From Eledone cirrhosa (lineage: Eukaryota), in the NCBI GenBank assembly GCA_964016885.1, contig OZ024750.1:18166001-18230000 (forward strand): DNA of 64,000 nucleotides, written 5' to 3'. Positions within the stretch are counted from its first letter, which is position 1. The number at the start of each line of letters is the position of its first letter. The notes beneath the pieces were generated by a model. The model was given only the letters and a program-made list of their open reading frames with translations, had not been told where the DNA came from and did no database searches. This document shows positions 43,697 to 58,396 of the stretch, one piece after another. The position numbers were made by a program, and so were the translations under genes.

Positions 43697-44230
43697 CAGA
43701 TCTGTCAGGCTCTAAAAACTCAAACGGGGAATACCATGAAAAAGTGCCTAAAAATGGGGAGATTTTACATAATGAAAGCTGTACCCATTTTCACAAAAAA
43801 AAACGGGGAGACGGAGAGAAATGAGTCAAAACGGGGATATCTCCCTGTTGGACAGGGAGAGTTGACAGGTATGAGATAGATATAACAGGTTGTCCCAGTT
43901 GGCAAATTCAACAATTGTCTTCAGTGGAATGGTGTTGCTGTTACATACACAAACATCTTCGAACCAGGTCAAAACAAAATCGTCCGACTGAATGGCAAAT
44001 ATTTATCAACCACTACTTCTACTGCTACGACAATGACTTACGTAGACCTGCCAACCCCTAAAAATCCAAACGGGGAGTACCATGAAAAAGAGTGCCACAA
44101 AATGGGGAGAAATGAGACAAAGATTTTACATAATGAAAGCTATACCCATTTTCATAAGAAAAGACATGTCTCATCCACCCAAAAGTGGGTGGGATATCTT
44201 TCTAGTCGGACAGGGAGAGTTGACAGGTTT
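43697..44230. mobile_element. Two reverse-orientation copies of the hAT-like MITE (43697-43873, 44044-44230)
   Basis: Reverse-complement match to 32736-32930. Confidence 0.7.
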
Positions 44231-44549
44231 TATATTATCATTTGGAATTATAACTGTTGGACTGCCCGGTTACTTATGACTCACCCTGTATATAGAAATG
44301 TCTGAAGTGATTCTTAATGATCTCTTAAACGGTTCTTAATAGACCCTTCAGTGTCACTAACACACTACCAAGTGGTGGTAGAATTATGTATAATTTGTCA
44401 ATTAAGGATACTAACTGCGTGAAACACTATCTCTAGAAACTGGGATAAACACCCTTCCCCACACAGACACACATACATATATAAATATAAATTTAGAACA
44501 TTCATTTATGTTAAAGTAGTCGACTTTCAGCTATTTTCCCGATTATTAA

Positions 44550-45597
44550 GAATTGGCAGTATCGGTAGAGGGTTGGACGCCATGTTTTCTAGCATAGTTA
44601 CGTCCCTTTACAGTCTGAGTTCAAATCCCGCCGAGGTTAACTTTGCCTTTCATCCTTACGGGGTCGGTAAAATAAAGTACCAGTAATACACTGGGGTAAT
44701 TGCTGGCCTTGTGCCTAAAGTAGAAACAATTATTTAACTATAGATTGAAGGCGGGGGATTGGCAGTATCGGTAGATAGTTACGGCCCTTTACGGGCTGAG
44801 TTCAAATCCTACCGAGGTTAACTTTGCCTTTCATCCTTAACGGGTCGATAAAATAAAGCACCAGTAACGTACTGGGGTCGATTTAATCGACTTTCCCCTC
44901 CCCCCAAATTACTGGCCGTGTGCCTATAGTAGAAATCATTATTTAACTGCTTTGCCTTTCATCCTTACGGGGTCGATAAAATAAAGTACCAGTAATGCAC
45001 TGGGTAATTGCTGGCCTCGTGCCAAAAGTAGAAACAATTATTTAACTGGTGGATTGGCAGTATCGGTAGAGGGTCGGACGCCATGCTTTGACGCAAAGAG
45101 TTACGGCCCTTTCCATTCAGAGTTCAAATCCCGCCGAGGTTAACTTTGCCTTTCATCCTTACGGGGTCGATAAAATAAAGTACCAGTAATGCACTGGGTA
45201 ATTGCTGGCCTTGTGCCTAAAGTAGAAACAATTATTTAACTATAGATCTATTTCTATTCATTTGATGTAATGACAATTTAAAGACCAAACACTATTTAGA
45301 TGTCAAGGCAAGGTAGTATCCAAATATTTATTTATAGGGTGTCTCCAAATAGTTGAGATCGATGCAGTTGATATTTAGTTTGAACGTCTGTAGGTGTATT
45401 CTTATAGGCAGCGGATTGGCAGTATCGGTAAAGGGTCGGACGCCATGCTTTCCAGCATAGTTACGTCCCTTTATGATCTGAGTTCAAATCTCGCCGAGGT
45501 TAACTTTGCCTTTCATCCTTACGGGGTCGATAAAATAAAGTACCAGTAATGCACTGGGTTAATTGCTGGCCTTGTGCCTAAAGTAGAAACAATTATA
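44550..45597 (+). mobile_element. Cluster of five same-orientation SINE family 1 copies
   Basis: Heads at ~44551, 44749, 45048 and 45408, plus a 3'-half at 44950; the first four end in attatttaact. Confidence 0.9.
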
Positions 45598-45709
45598 TAA
45601 AATCTCCCCATTTTGCCTCTTTGCTCCCCGTTTTGGGGCACTTTTTTTTTTTCTGGTACTCCCCGTTTGAGTTTTTGGAGGTTGGCAGGTCTGGGTAAGT
45701 CATTGTCGT

Positions 45710-45939
45710 AGCTGGACAGATTTTACGGGCAAAACCAACCGGCAAGAGACCCAGGGGTAGACCCCAAGCAAGATGGTTGGATAACATCGATGGGCTTGGC
45801 TGGTCACGCTTGGGGATCCAGCCGGATCAGTTGGAGACGGTTGCTTCTAACAGGACCCGCCGGAAGGAGTGTTTCAAGACACTGCCCCCACGACACTCTC
45901 AGGAATAAGTGGGCGAAGAAGAAGAAGAAGAAGAAGAAG
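45710..45939 (+). mobile_element. 3' end of an RTE (Expander-like) LINE with (GAA)n tail
   Basis: KPTGKRPRGRPQARWLDNI motif followed by a gaagaagaa tail. Confidence 0.8.
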
Positions 45940-46234
45940 CTTTATTAAGATGGCGTAAAGGCGGTGGATTGGCAGAAGCGATAGAGCATCGGACAGAAAG
46001 CTTTTATGGTATTCATTTCAGTACACCGTTTGTAGGAAAGTGATACAATATTTGTACAAGATAGTAGAGGGTGTGTTAAGTAACGTGAGCTGACAACCCA
46101 TTAACTTAATATTTCAGATCACTTTATTAAATTGTGAATGACATTAAAAATATGAATGACATTAAAAAATTATCTCTCTGTCTCTCCCAAACACACATAT
46201 AACCTCACATGTTCTCTCCTTTTCCATCACAACC

Positions 46235-46314
<80 letters not shown>

Positions 46315-46654
46315 AAAAGAATTGTTTTAAAATCTAATTTTTGTTTGTGATGACATTTTCAACATTATAAGCTTCTTTTATAAAGTTCAGTCCAAAAATC
46401 CCAAAACGGCTTTTAAAATATAATAATTAAAAATATGAAATATATATTACGAATAATAGAAATAATAAAAATAAGGTGATGGAAGGAAAGGGAATAAAAT
46501 TAATTTCAAAGGTCGCATTAATACGAAAGAAAGAAAGAAAAAATGGATATCAAGGAGCAATGTCGAGGAGATGGAGGTGGAGGAGGACGAGGAGGCTAAG
46601 GAGGAGGATGAAAAAAAAGAATGATTGAAAATGATAGATGGGTTGAAAGAAAAT

Positions 46655-46685
<31 letters not shown>

Positions 46686-47619
46686 CTGTGTGTGTGTGTA
46701 GATATCCATATGTTATTAAAGGTAGATGTAAAAACCCAAGAGGGCAGCAGACGACCAACAGTTTTTCTTTCTTTTTTCTTTGTTTCGAGAGACAAAAGCT
46801 TGGAGTGTAGAGAACTCACGTGTTTTCAATACATTCCACCGTGTATGTCTTTCGTTATTTTACTATATTCATTAAGTTTGACACGCAACTGAATTCGTGA
46901 CCTCGTATTGTGGAGTAGGGGAGAAGAGATGAGGCAGCTGTGAGATTCGCTTCCGTGACCAAGCAATTAAGACGAGGTGGTCCGAATTAAATTCATAGAT
47001 AAATTTTTGTTATGACTCAGCTGTATGTTATTGTTTTACATTATCCAGAGAAATTTTTCAAGGCAGTACTTTGGAGCCGGAAGCAGGCAAAGATTTTTCT
47101 CAAAATGGATGTTGCATGGTTGCTGTGGGGTCTTCTTATCTCTTAGGCCCCGGAAAAAATACCAGCTGGACCCCACATTCCCTCTCATAGGCCCTGCCCC
47201 CGAAATAGTAACAGTGTATCCTCCCCTAACTAAGCTCACACTCACACACTCACACGATTTAAGAATACAATATATGGCTTATTTATTTATCGCATGCACA
47301 ACTAATCTATTGAGCTTTCGTAATCAGAGACAACCATTTTCCCATGATCATACTTATTGACTTCAGAGATAGAGGGAAGGAAATTTGATATTTTGTAGCC
47401 CCCACAATATAAAATAAATGAAACAGGTACACGTTAAAATTGAGACCAGGTCTCAAAATGCTTTGAAGCTCGTTCATACCATTCGAAGTTTACCATAAGG
47501 TATATAAACCCAGTATATACATCTCTTCCAGCACCATATTAATCACTAATCTCACATATTCATCACCAGGCTTCTAATTCAAGAGACTCCACTCAGACTC
47601 TGGCCAATCCTCTCGATCA

Positions 47620-47657
<38 letters not shown>

Positions 47658-48176
47658 AATATTCCTCTCCTCTGATTCCTTCTTTTTCTTCTTTGAGATG
47701 ATAAAAATACGAAGGAAATTTAATCGGGTGTTTAAAGCATAAACAAATTACTCTTGTGTGTCACTTCAACAAAACATCAACTTTAGGGGAAAGGCATTCT
47801 TCTATTTCTTTACATACATTAACGACTGTCTTTATTGCTCCTGTTTTTTGTCTTTTTTTTTTTTTTTTTTGTTGAAGAAAAATAGACACTAACAACAATA
47901 TAAAAATAGTCAGCAAACTCACAAAACCTCAGTAGAGAACGTAAAAGCTGCTTCATACAGTAATAAAGTTTCAGCGTAAAAAGTTTTAAATCACTCAACT
48001 GAAGGAATTATAGTGACGAATTAACTCTAGCAAAGAAATGTTACCAATATAACGTCTCATTATATTTATATTATCTTATATTAAAAGACCTAGACAAATA
48101 TTAAAGTATGGTTCACATATAAAGTTTGTTTACGTAAATACATTTAAACATCGTTTTTTTGTGTATTTTTTTAATG

Positions 48177-48356
48177 GTCCCGTAACTCTTGATAAAGTCG
48201 TAGGGGCGCCGTATTGACATACGGCATTTCTTGGGCATTTTAAGTCTGGCAGAGCCCTTCCCTCTCCAGGCCTGAGTACAGTAGATTTCTTCCAGAGAAA
48301 GATAGAAAGTGAGAGAGAGGAAATGAGAATGAGATATGGAGGATAAACATCCTTAA
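48177..48356 (+). mobile_element. Dispersed repeat family G
   Basis: Homologous to 40780-40958. Confidence 0.75.
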
Positions 48357-48464
48357 AATGTTACAAAGAGAGAAAGAGCAGCAGTTCAAAGGTTATAGAT
48401 TAAAGATAAGGGTTTTTCTATGAAAAATCTTCGGTGAAGCAAAATTATATGTAACAGTTTTTAT

Positions 48465-48700
48465 TGATTTCTAATTTAGACACAAGGTCGAAAAGCAAGT
48501 CGATTATATTGATCCCTAGTATTTTACTGGTACCTTATTTTATCGGCTGTGGAAGAATAAAAGCAAAGTTGATCTAGGTGGGATTTGAACTCGGAAAGTA
48601 GAAAGTTCTGAGTTCAAATCCCATCAAGCTTAACTTTATTTTTCATCCTTCAATGGTCGATAAAATAAAGTAACAGTTCAGTAATGGAGTTGATATAATA
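48465..48700. mobile_element. Head-to-head pair of 5'-truncated SINE family 1 fragments
   Basis: Minus copy ending ggatttgaactc (~48592) followed by a plus copy starting ctgagttcaaatcc (~48608). Confidence 0.65.
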
Positions 48701-48790
48701 GACAGAATAAAAGAAATCTAACTACAATGTCTAACATTAGCTAAATAATCTATATATAAATCTGGACGATTTCCGTCCGTCCGTCACACA

Positions 48791-48863
<73 letters not shown>

Positions 48864-50030
48864 CAAGGAAGGGGGGTGGTGAAAATATACACATACGTGT
48901 CAGCGTGTTGAAAGAAATCCTAGTTATATATACAGGCTAAATCCTTCGGAAAATCAAACAGAATATCTTATCATCTACTACAGCACTGTATTTTCTCTAT
49001 CTCTGCCCACACTTCGTTCAAAAACATAAAAATGTGTGTATATAACTTAGTATAGTTGTTGAAACAAAATATATTTTATTTCAACAGTTCTGACAAAAGT
49101 TTGGTGAAGATCACTGTGTCCAAATTCCTTGATACTAATGTAAAATCATGGTACAGTCACGCCATCTGCGGTGATTACTATTGCACATATATATTGAATC
49201 GCCATTGGTTCCGACGACGCCATCTGTTCATAAAAGTAACGTAAGACACATTCTCTGGGATATTTAGCAAGACACAACGTGTGATACGTTTCACTCTTTT
49301 AATTACAGGTGTAATTCATTTTTGCTATCTCGTTGGACTGGAACGACGAACAAATAAACGACACACGTCAGTCGGAAACGACAATGAGGAGATGAGATGA
49401 CTATAATCTTAGTTAAGGTTGATTTAAACTACCTTGGTGATCACCGCACTTATCAAGGGGCTTCTCCCTCTCGCATATCTCTGGGCTAGAGGAAAGAAAA
49501 GACCAACATGTTTGAGAGAGACAACTTGGTGAAGGATTTACCAAGAGAATCAGCAATGCTAAACATAAAAGCTTAAAGGGAACCTTGCTCTATTTGTAGG
49601 TTTGTTGGATGGCAACTGATAGCTTGTTGTGTTCATCTGCCCTTCTAGACATGCATTATTTTTGTCGGGTGAGGACGTGTATCTGCTATGTAGACACCAT
49701 GCAGATCTTATGTGTCAGGCCGGATTGGAAATGTTTTTATATCTTTGCAGCCAAGATAGATAAATACATTGAAAATATGATTCAAACAATTTCAATGGTT
49801 TTCATTCAAAGTATTTAACGTATAAAATGAATATCTGTTACCGTGGTATGAAGAATAACAAAAAGGTTGTGCGCTTCTTGGTACCGAAATGTCGCTTGAT
49901 TACGTTAATAAACATATTTAGACTTAGAAATTCAACACAGAATAATAACACATTTCTCGACGAATTAGAACGTGAACATATCACATACCATTACACTGTG
50001 TAATATACATATGTGTATATATATATATAT

Positions 50031-50414
<384 letters not shown>

Positions 50415-50473
50415 AGGTAGGTGCCGTACTAAGAGTGAGAAATGAAATTTCGTTTTCATTTTATTACAACTTA

Positions 50474-50529
<56 letters not shown>

Positions 50530-50546
<17 letters not shown>

Positions 50547-50635
50547 TAAATTATAGAAATGGCTTCTACAAGACTAGAACTGTTTCATTCAGGAGAAATC
50601 ATCTGCTATGATTACCCCCGATTGAACCCGAGATA

Positions 50636-50640
<5 letters not shown>
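50530..50640 (-). mobile_element. Family E fragment: decayed hammerhead on minus, inverted terminal piece on plus
   Basis: Minus strand caGATGAtttctcctgaatGAAAcagttctag; 50607-50638 is the reverse complement of 57851-57881. Confidence 0.6.
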
Positions 50641-50679
<39 letters not shown>

Positions 50680-50830
50680 AATGGAGGTTCAGTAAAATCG
50701 AAGTTTCCGCTGTAGTCAAGCTAACTAAATACAATTAGGAATATGCAGCCAACCACTCGATGAGGCTGTAGCTCAGAGTAATAACATACGTTAGATAGCA
50801 GGACAAACTGAAACTATATATATATACATA

Positions 50831-50945
<115 letters not shown>

Positions 50946-50989
50946 AAGTTAAATAAAAGTCAAATGATTAAAATTTAGCTTCGTTTATT

Positions 50990-51044
50990 ACTGCTATATA
51001 TATTTCAGTGACAGCCATCTTTGGCTGTGACCTCTTCAGGCAGT
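50990..51044 (-). ncRNA. Type I hammerhead ribozyme (family C, mirror copy)
   Basis: Exact reverse complement of 51074-51128. Confidence 0.88.
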
Positions 51045-51073
51045 TTGAATTAGTATTAATAGTACTAATTCAA

Positions 51074-51128
51074 ACTGCCTGAAGAGGTCACAGCCAAAGA
51101 TGGCTGTCACTGAAATATATATAGCAGT
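51074..51128 (+). ncRNA. Type I hammerhead ribozyme (family C)
   Basis: actgc-CTGAAGA(51079-85)-ggtcacagcc aaagat ggctgtcact-GAAA(51112-15)-TATATA-TA(51122-23)-gcagt. Confidence 0.88.
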
Positions 51129-51274
51129 AATAAACGAAGCTAAATTTTAATCATTTGACTTTTATTTAACTTTATTTTACACTACTCCGGAGTAACCAAA
51201 CCAACCTGCGCACTTCGTCGAGTGCTCCAGCCTGCATACTGAGGTGTTGGTATACAACCAACATAAACTCAAAA

Positions 51275-51310
<36 letters not shown>

Positions 51311-51320
<10 letters not shown>

Positions 51321-51948
51321 TAAACGGAATAGAAAATGCTGACAAAATGTTCACAGTTGAAAAATGGTTTAATTAGGAATAAAAGAGTATTAGTAATTGT
51401 ATGGGTTAGTATTCAGTTGTGGTTTTAAGTTTTTAAGTTTTTACTGGTTGCGCATTTCTAAATGCTTTTCAAAAATAATTTTGAGATAGAGTGTCCGTGC
51501 TGTTTGCTCTGATCTGATTAGTTTTGGGAATTCTACCTGTTTTTATGTTAAAAAAGTGGCTCCAGCGCTACTTTGGTGTTGCAAAAATTCTTGTGGTCAA
51601 AACAATTTTGATTGGTCGGTAGAGGTCATGTGAATGTAAAATATTGATTTTGCGCCAAGACTGGTTTTATGTTAAAAAAGTGGCTCCAGCGCTACTTGGT
51701 GTTTGCAGCCACTTTTTTAACATAAAAACAGGTAGAATTCTCAAAACTAATCAGATCAGAGCAAACAACACGGACACTCTATCTCAAAATTATTTTTGAA
51801 AAGCATTTAGAAATGCGCAACCGGTAAAAACTTAAAACACAACTGAATACTAACCCATACAATTACTAATACTCTTTTATTCCTAATTAAACCATTTTTC
51901 AACTGTGAACATTTTGTCAGCATTTTCTATTCCGTTTACCAATATATA
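51311..51948. mobile_element. Large imperfect fold-back (~245-bp arms) between (TA)n tracts
   Basis: 51311-51561 versus 51707-51948, with a few substitutions and one short indel; the spacer holds a 44-bp direct repeat. Confidence 0.8.
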
Positions 51949-51977
51949 ATAACTTGTGTGTTACACCTCTATTCTTT

Positions 51978-52024
<47 letters not shown>

Positions 52025-53034
52025 GCAATCATTAGGGTTAATTAATCTACCCGTGGTTCACTGCAACTCAGAGAATTCTATAAATATATGACAAGTCCTG
52101 TGGCCGTTTGTTCAAATAATCCAAAAGACACATGTAATCTGTAGCAGTGGACGTGTGAGTGAACATATATGTTCTACAGCTAACCTGATCTGACCTCAAA
52201 GCAGCTAGATCGTATTTAGTTAAGAACTATTCAATAAGGGATTATCAGGACAACATTAATGGAAATAGATATACCACCATGTTTTTTCAACAAAAATAAA
52301 ACCGTTGAATGATTCTCTTAAAAAATATTTCCAACTGCCTGTTTCTAGCGTCCATTTTCTTTAAGACTTTTCCCCTTTTTCTTTCGTTCTTTCTTTTCCA
52401 TTTTCTCTTATTATTTTCCTTTCTTCCGAGCTATGATTTTTTTTCTTTTTTGTAAGTTTCTTCTATTTTTTAGTTTTTTCTGTATTTTTAATTTATATAT
52501 TCATTCATTTAATAGTTTGGGAATTTTTTTTTTTTTTAATCCTAAATTCCACTGCTTTAAATAATTTGTGTTGAAAATAACTCACTCAGATAGAAAACTA
52601 AACGGTGGTAGTTTCCTGTGCGGTATAAAGAAAAGGAAAAAATGGGACGCCATTTTGTTAATATTTTTGCTCTCTTCAGTCATTAGAATTTCCAAACATC
52701 CTCTTCAATTTGTCAGAAAACCCCGCACAAAACAGTTTTAGTCTCTGGCAGATTTATCAACATCTCAAGGATGAGATAAACAAGTATGTCTCGGTTCTCT
52801 TTAAGACACTTTCTCTCTTCTTTCTTATTTTCTTTTTCTATTCACGAAGAATGTAACTAATTAAATCTATGAAACCTACTGTCTGAGAGATTATTCTCTC
52901 TGTTCATGGTGTCTGCAACTGCCGACTTTTTTTTTCTCTTTCTCTCTCTTTCCTTCGTGTATTTACATACAACAAACATTACACATATGCGTCTTCACGC
53001 AATTATACACAAAACCATACACATAAACGAGAGC

Positions 53035-53134
53035 ACACACACACTCACTCACTCACTCACTCACTCACTCACTCACTCACTCACTCACTCACTCACTCAC
53101 TCACTCACTCACTCACTCACTCACTCACACACAC

Positions 53135-53200
<66 letters not shown>

Positions 53201-53378
53201 CATTTGTATATATCAAATAAGCAAACAGACAGAAAACAGACAGACAAACGGATGGATGGATAGATAGATAGATAGATAGACAAATAGATAGTTAGGTAGA
53301 TAGATAGATAGACAAATAGATAGTTAGGTAGATAGATAGATACCAGATAGATAGATAGATACCAGATAGATAGATAAA
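53035..53378. repeat. (CACT)n, (CA)n and (GATA)n microsatellites
   Basis: Direct inspection. Confidence 0.95.
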
Positions 53379-53696
53379 CAAGTAAGTAAACGAATTATAG
53401 TACTACTTCCTTTCCCACAATACGCTAGTTTCATATTAAAGTATGTTTATGTCTACAAGTTAATGCTGGTAAGATTGGAAACATTAGATATACGCCATCT
53501 TAACCACATTATGTACACATATACTTAATGGTTGTTTAGGGATCTACGTAACAAATCCAGTGAGTCTTGTTATAAACTTTATGTATTTTTCTATACTTAA
53601 CTTATACTCATACATCTCATATCTCCCCCTTTTCTCTCGTTACCTATGTATGCGTGTTTGTTTCTGTGTGTGTCTGTCTGTATGTCTGTCTGTATG

Positions 53697-53735
<39 letters not shown>

Positions 53736-53897
53736 AATATGCCGTAGTGTTTAAGACACTCAGACATTAACTGAATGAGCATAGTAAGTGTAGGAATTTA
53801 TTTTCTAAGTGGAAAAGTGGAAATGACTTCGAAGTCTCAGCTTTGTGTGTGAGGTGTGTGTGTGTGTGTGTAGATATATAAATGAATAGACATATAA

Positions 53898-54832
<935 letters not shown>

Positions 54833-54926
54833 GAAAAAATGGCGTGCTGCGTGGTTGCAAATGGGTTACATATGTATAAAATTAGTCCTTCATCAGTGAT
54901 CTTCCAGCCTTCATATATATATACAC

Positions 54927-54961
54927 AATAAATCTCTCTCTCTATATATATATATGATAAA

Positions 54962-55023
<62 letters not shown>

Positions 55024-55187
55024 AAATCTCTCTCTATATATATATATATATTATATATATATATATATATATATGATAAATCTCTCTCTCTATATATATA
55101 TATATATATGATAAATCTCTCTCTCTATATATATATATATATGATAAATCTCTCTCTCTCTCTCTATATATATATATGATAAATCTT

Positions 55188-55222
<35 letters not shown>

Positions 55223-55263
55223 GATAAATCTCTCTCTCTATATATATATATATATATGATAAA

Positions 55264-55294
<31 letters not shown>

Positions 55295-55300
55295 GATAAA

Positions 55301-55346
<46 letters not shown>

Positions 55347-55349
55347 AAA

Positions 55350-55380
<31 letters not shown>

Positions 55381-55386
55381 GATAAA

Positions 55387-55417
<31 letters not shown>

Positions 55418-55423
55418 GATAAG

Positions 55424-55464
<41 letters not shown>

Positions 55465-55565
55465 GATAAATCTCTCTCTCTCTATATATATATATATATG
55501 ATAAATCTCTCTCTCTATATATATATATGATAAATCTCTCTCTCTCTCTATATATATATGATAAA

Positions 55566-55602
<37 letters not shown>

Positions 55603-55643
55603 GATAAATCTCTCTCTCTCTCTATATATATATATATGATAAA

Positions 55644-55696
<53 letters not shown>

Positions 55697-55698
55697 AA

Positions 55699-55734
<36 letters not shown>

Positions 55735-55770
55735 ATAAATCTATATATATATATATTATATATATATATA
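54927..55770. repeat. Compound minisatellite [gataaa(tc)n(ta)n], ~20+ units
   Basis: A fixed gataaatc anchor separates variable (TC)n(TA)n tracts. Confidence 0.93.
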
Positions 55771-55954
55771 AAAAGAGACCAATCATACGGAATTTATGAT
55801 ATTTCACTTCTGATATCTCTCAAGCGTATCTTCTAATTTCCTGTTCCTGGTCGAAGCTACTGACATATAACTTCTGGTCCAGAAAAAATACATTCATAGA
55901 TTGTCTTTTTCTTTTACTGGTTTATATGTTATGGTTAAATACATCTAACGAAAT

Positions 55955-56530
55955 AGTTTCTAATTTAGGCACAAGGCTAGCAGTTTTAGGGGACAGGAAA
56001 AAATCAATTATATCGATTCCAGTATTGGACTGGTATTATTTTATTGGCAGTGGATTGACAGTATCGGTAGAGGGTTGGACGCCATGCTTTGCAGCATTGA
56101 GTTACGGCCCTTTATGATCTGAGTTCAAATCTCACCGAGGTTATCTTTGCCTTTCATCCTTACGGGGTCCATAAAATAAAGTACTAGCCACCCACTGGGG
56201 TCGATTTAATCGACTTTCCCCTTCCCCCAAAATTGCTGGCCTTGTGCCTATATATAACCATTATTTTATTGGCATTATTTTATATAACCATTATCCCGCC
56301 GAGGTTAACTTTGCCTTTCATCCTTAAGGGTTCGATAAAATAAAACATCAGTAATACACTGGGATAATTGCTGGCCTTGTGCCAAAAGTAGAAACAATTA
56401 TAATATATCTACCCCGGCAATGTGAGAGATAAAGTTGACTTCAGCAGGATTTGGACTCAGAACGTAAAAAGCCAGAGCAAATAGCCTAAAGCAATTTGCC
56501 CGACGCTCTAACGATTCCACCAGTTCCCTG
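55955..56530. mobile_element. Nested SINE family 1 cluster (plus copies 56048-56265 and 56295-56400 inside an older minus copy)
   Basis: The minus copy's 3' part is at 55955-56045 and its head at 56410-56530. Confidence 0.75.
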
Positions 56531-56744
56531 TCTTGAAATACACCTGACATAACGTGAGATAATAGACAGCTGTGTTTTGACTAATAGCGGAATACACTTT
56601 CGGTGATAGGCCTGAGGCGCTGTCTTGTTTAACACTACCACCTTATCTTTAGGTAGATTTACTAGAGTTCACTCTCTATATAAGATTTGAATCAGATCCC
56701 TGATTCCCTCTTCGCCTACGTTTCTCCTGCAAACCTTCCTTCTA

Positions 56745-56980
56745 ATCCCACCCTCATATCTGAGGGTCGGAGGTCATGGACTTATGGACCATCTCTCTCC
56801 ATCTTTTCCTGTCTCTTGCCATTTGCCGTACATTTCGCCAAACTCCTTCCTGTCCATTCCTTTTCTGCCGTCCCTGCACTTTTTCCCTATATTCATCCCT
56901 CAAGGATGTGGGTAGTCAAATCTTAGGCCCTGATGACATGACCAAAATACTGAAATTTCCTTTTCCTTACATTAACTCGT
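56745..56980 (-). mobile_element. Decayed 3' fragment of an RTE-clade LINE
   Basis: RKRKFQYFGHVIR...HILEG...EWTG...ARDRKRWR. Confidence 0.75.
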
Positions 56981-57202
56981 AAATTTTCAGACTGGATATC
57001 GAATGAATCAATCTTAAGAATCTAAGGGTCTGTAAAATTTATGGTCTCTTCACCTCCTCATCTGACTAAGTCTGACACTTGTATGATTGACAATTTTTAT
57101 TAAATTCATATCCACCTTTGAACCGAACTGATTGAGCCGACTTCTGCTCAAAACAACTTGCAGCATTTGTATCGAATTCTTCATTATTATTTATTATGTA
57201 AG

Positions 57203-57410
57203 AGCGGTGGATTGGCAGTATCGGTAGAGCATCGGACACCATTCTTTATCTCATAGAATTATGGCCGTTTATGTTCTGAGTTCAAATCCCGCCTAGATTA
57301 GCTTTGTCTTTCATCCTTACGAGGTCGATAAAATAAAACACCAGTCGATTTAATCGACATCCCCTCCCCTTCAAATTGCTGACCTTGTGCCTAATATAGA
57401 AACAATTATA
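57203..57410 (+). mobile_element. SINE family 1
   Basis: Consensus match. Confidence 0.85.
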
Positions 57411-57818
57411 ATAATTATTTATTGTGTAATTCAACAAGACATCTAATTGGCTAAGATATAATTAGAAACTAACGGTAAAGGAAGAATTCAGCCCTACACG
57501 AAATGCAAATCAGATAAAAAATATATCATAATTAGAGTATTTTCAGACGTAGATTCATTTTAATCAATAGAATTAATGCATAAGACTCTAAATTTCAGAA
57601 GTTTCACTGATTTATAGTTATGGTATAAGCCCTCTACCACTAAAAAAAGGCTGACTTTGTGGTATTTTAATCAATATTAATGTGAAGTATATTATTTTCT
57701 CCTTAGCCCTTAATTAAAAATATTACAAAATCTCAGCCTTCCTCTGGAAGGCGAAATAGCAGACTTGCACTGTTTAAGTTATATGCATATATAACATATG
57801 ATTGAGGGAAATATCTCT

Positions 57819-57850
<32 letters not shown>

Positions 57851-58032
57851 TTTATCCCGGGTTCAATCGGGGGTAACCACAGTAAGTAAGGTACTCAATA
57901 CATAGCAGAGTATAAGTATTTAATATAGAAATGGCTTCTACAGGACTAGAACTGTTTCATTCGGTAGAAATCATCAGGGCTTCCAGGTGATTTCTCCCGA
58001 TGATTCTTCCTGTAGAAGCCGTTTCTATATTA
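57851..58032 (-). mobile_element. Family E element with hammerhead-like core (57941-57985) and inverted terminal duplication
   Basis: Minus strand cc-CTGATGA-tttctaccgaat-GAAA-cagt-TC-tagtcctg; 58008-58031 inverts 57922-57945; TA flanks. Confidence 0.6.
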
Positions 58033-58033
58033 A

Positions 58034-58085
<52 letters not shown>

Positions 58086-58161
58086 CAGTTATTTTTATCT
58101 AAAAACATTTTTTCCAATTCCAACCCACCCGTCCTCCCAATCTATCCTATTTCTCATTCTT

Positions 58162-58197
58162 TCTTCTGATGAAGGACTAGCGTCCGAAACGTGAAGA
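58162..58197 (+). ncRNA. Minimal hammerhead variant (family D), probably inactive (GUG at the cleavage triplet)
   Basis: tctt-CTGATGA-a-ggac tagc gtcc-GAAA-CG-TG-aaga. Confidence 0.65.
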
Positions 58198-58279
58198 CCC
58201 TCTTCCTGCTATATCAAGCGTTAACCTAATATACCCCTTCCATATACTGTACCGGATTGTTTTGTTATTTCTGTTTACC

Positions 58280-58396
<117 letters not shown>

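Noticed and set aside
50677-50815. Split hammerhead (tcGATGAggctgtag on plus, ctacagcgGAAAc on minus)
   Set aside because: The halves are on opposite strands and the core is imperfect; cannot be supported without homologs.
52575-52660. Minus-strand first exon (caaaATGGCG ... GTGAGT donor)
   Set aside because: Short motifs are expected by chance and the peptide is unrecognisable.
56926-56965. CTGATGA...GAAA hammerhead-like spacing
   Set aside because: No stems form; it is the antisense of RTE LINE coding sequence.
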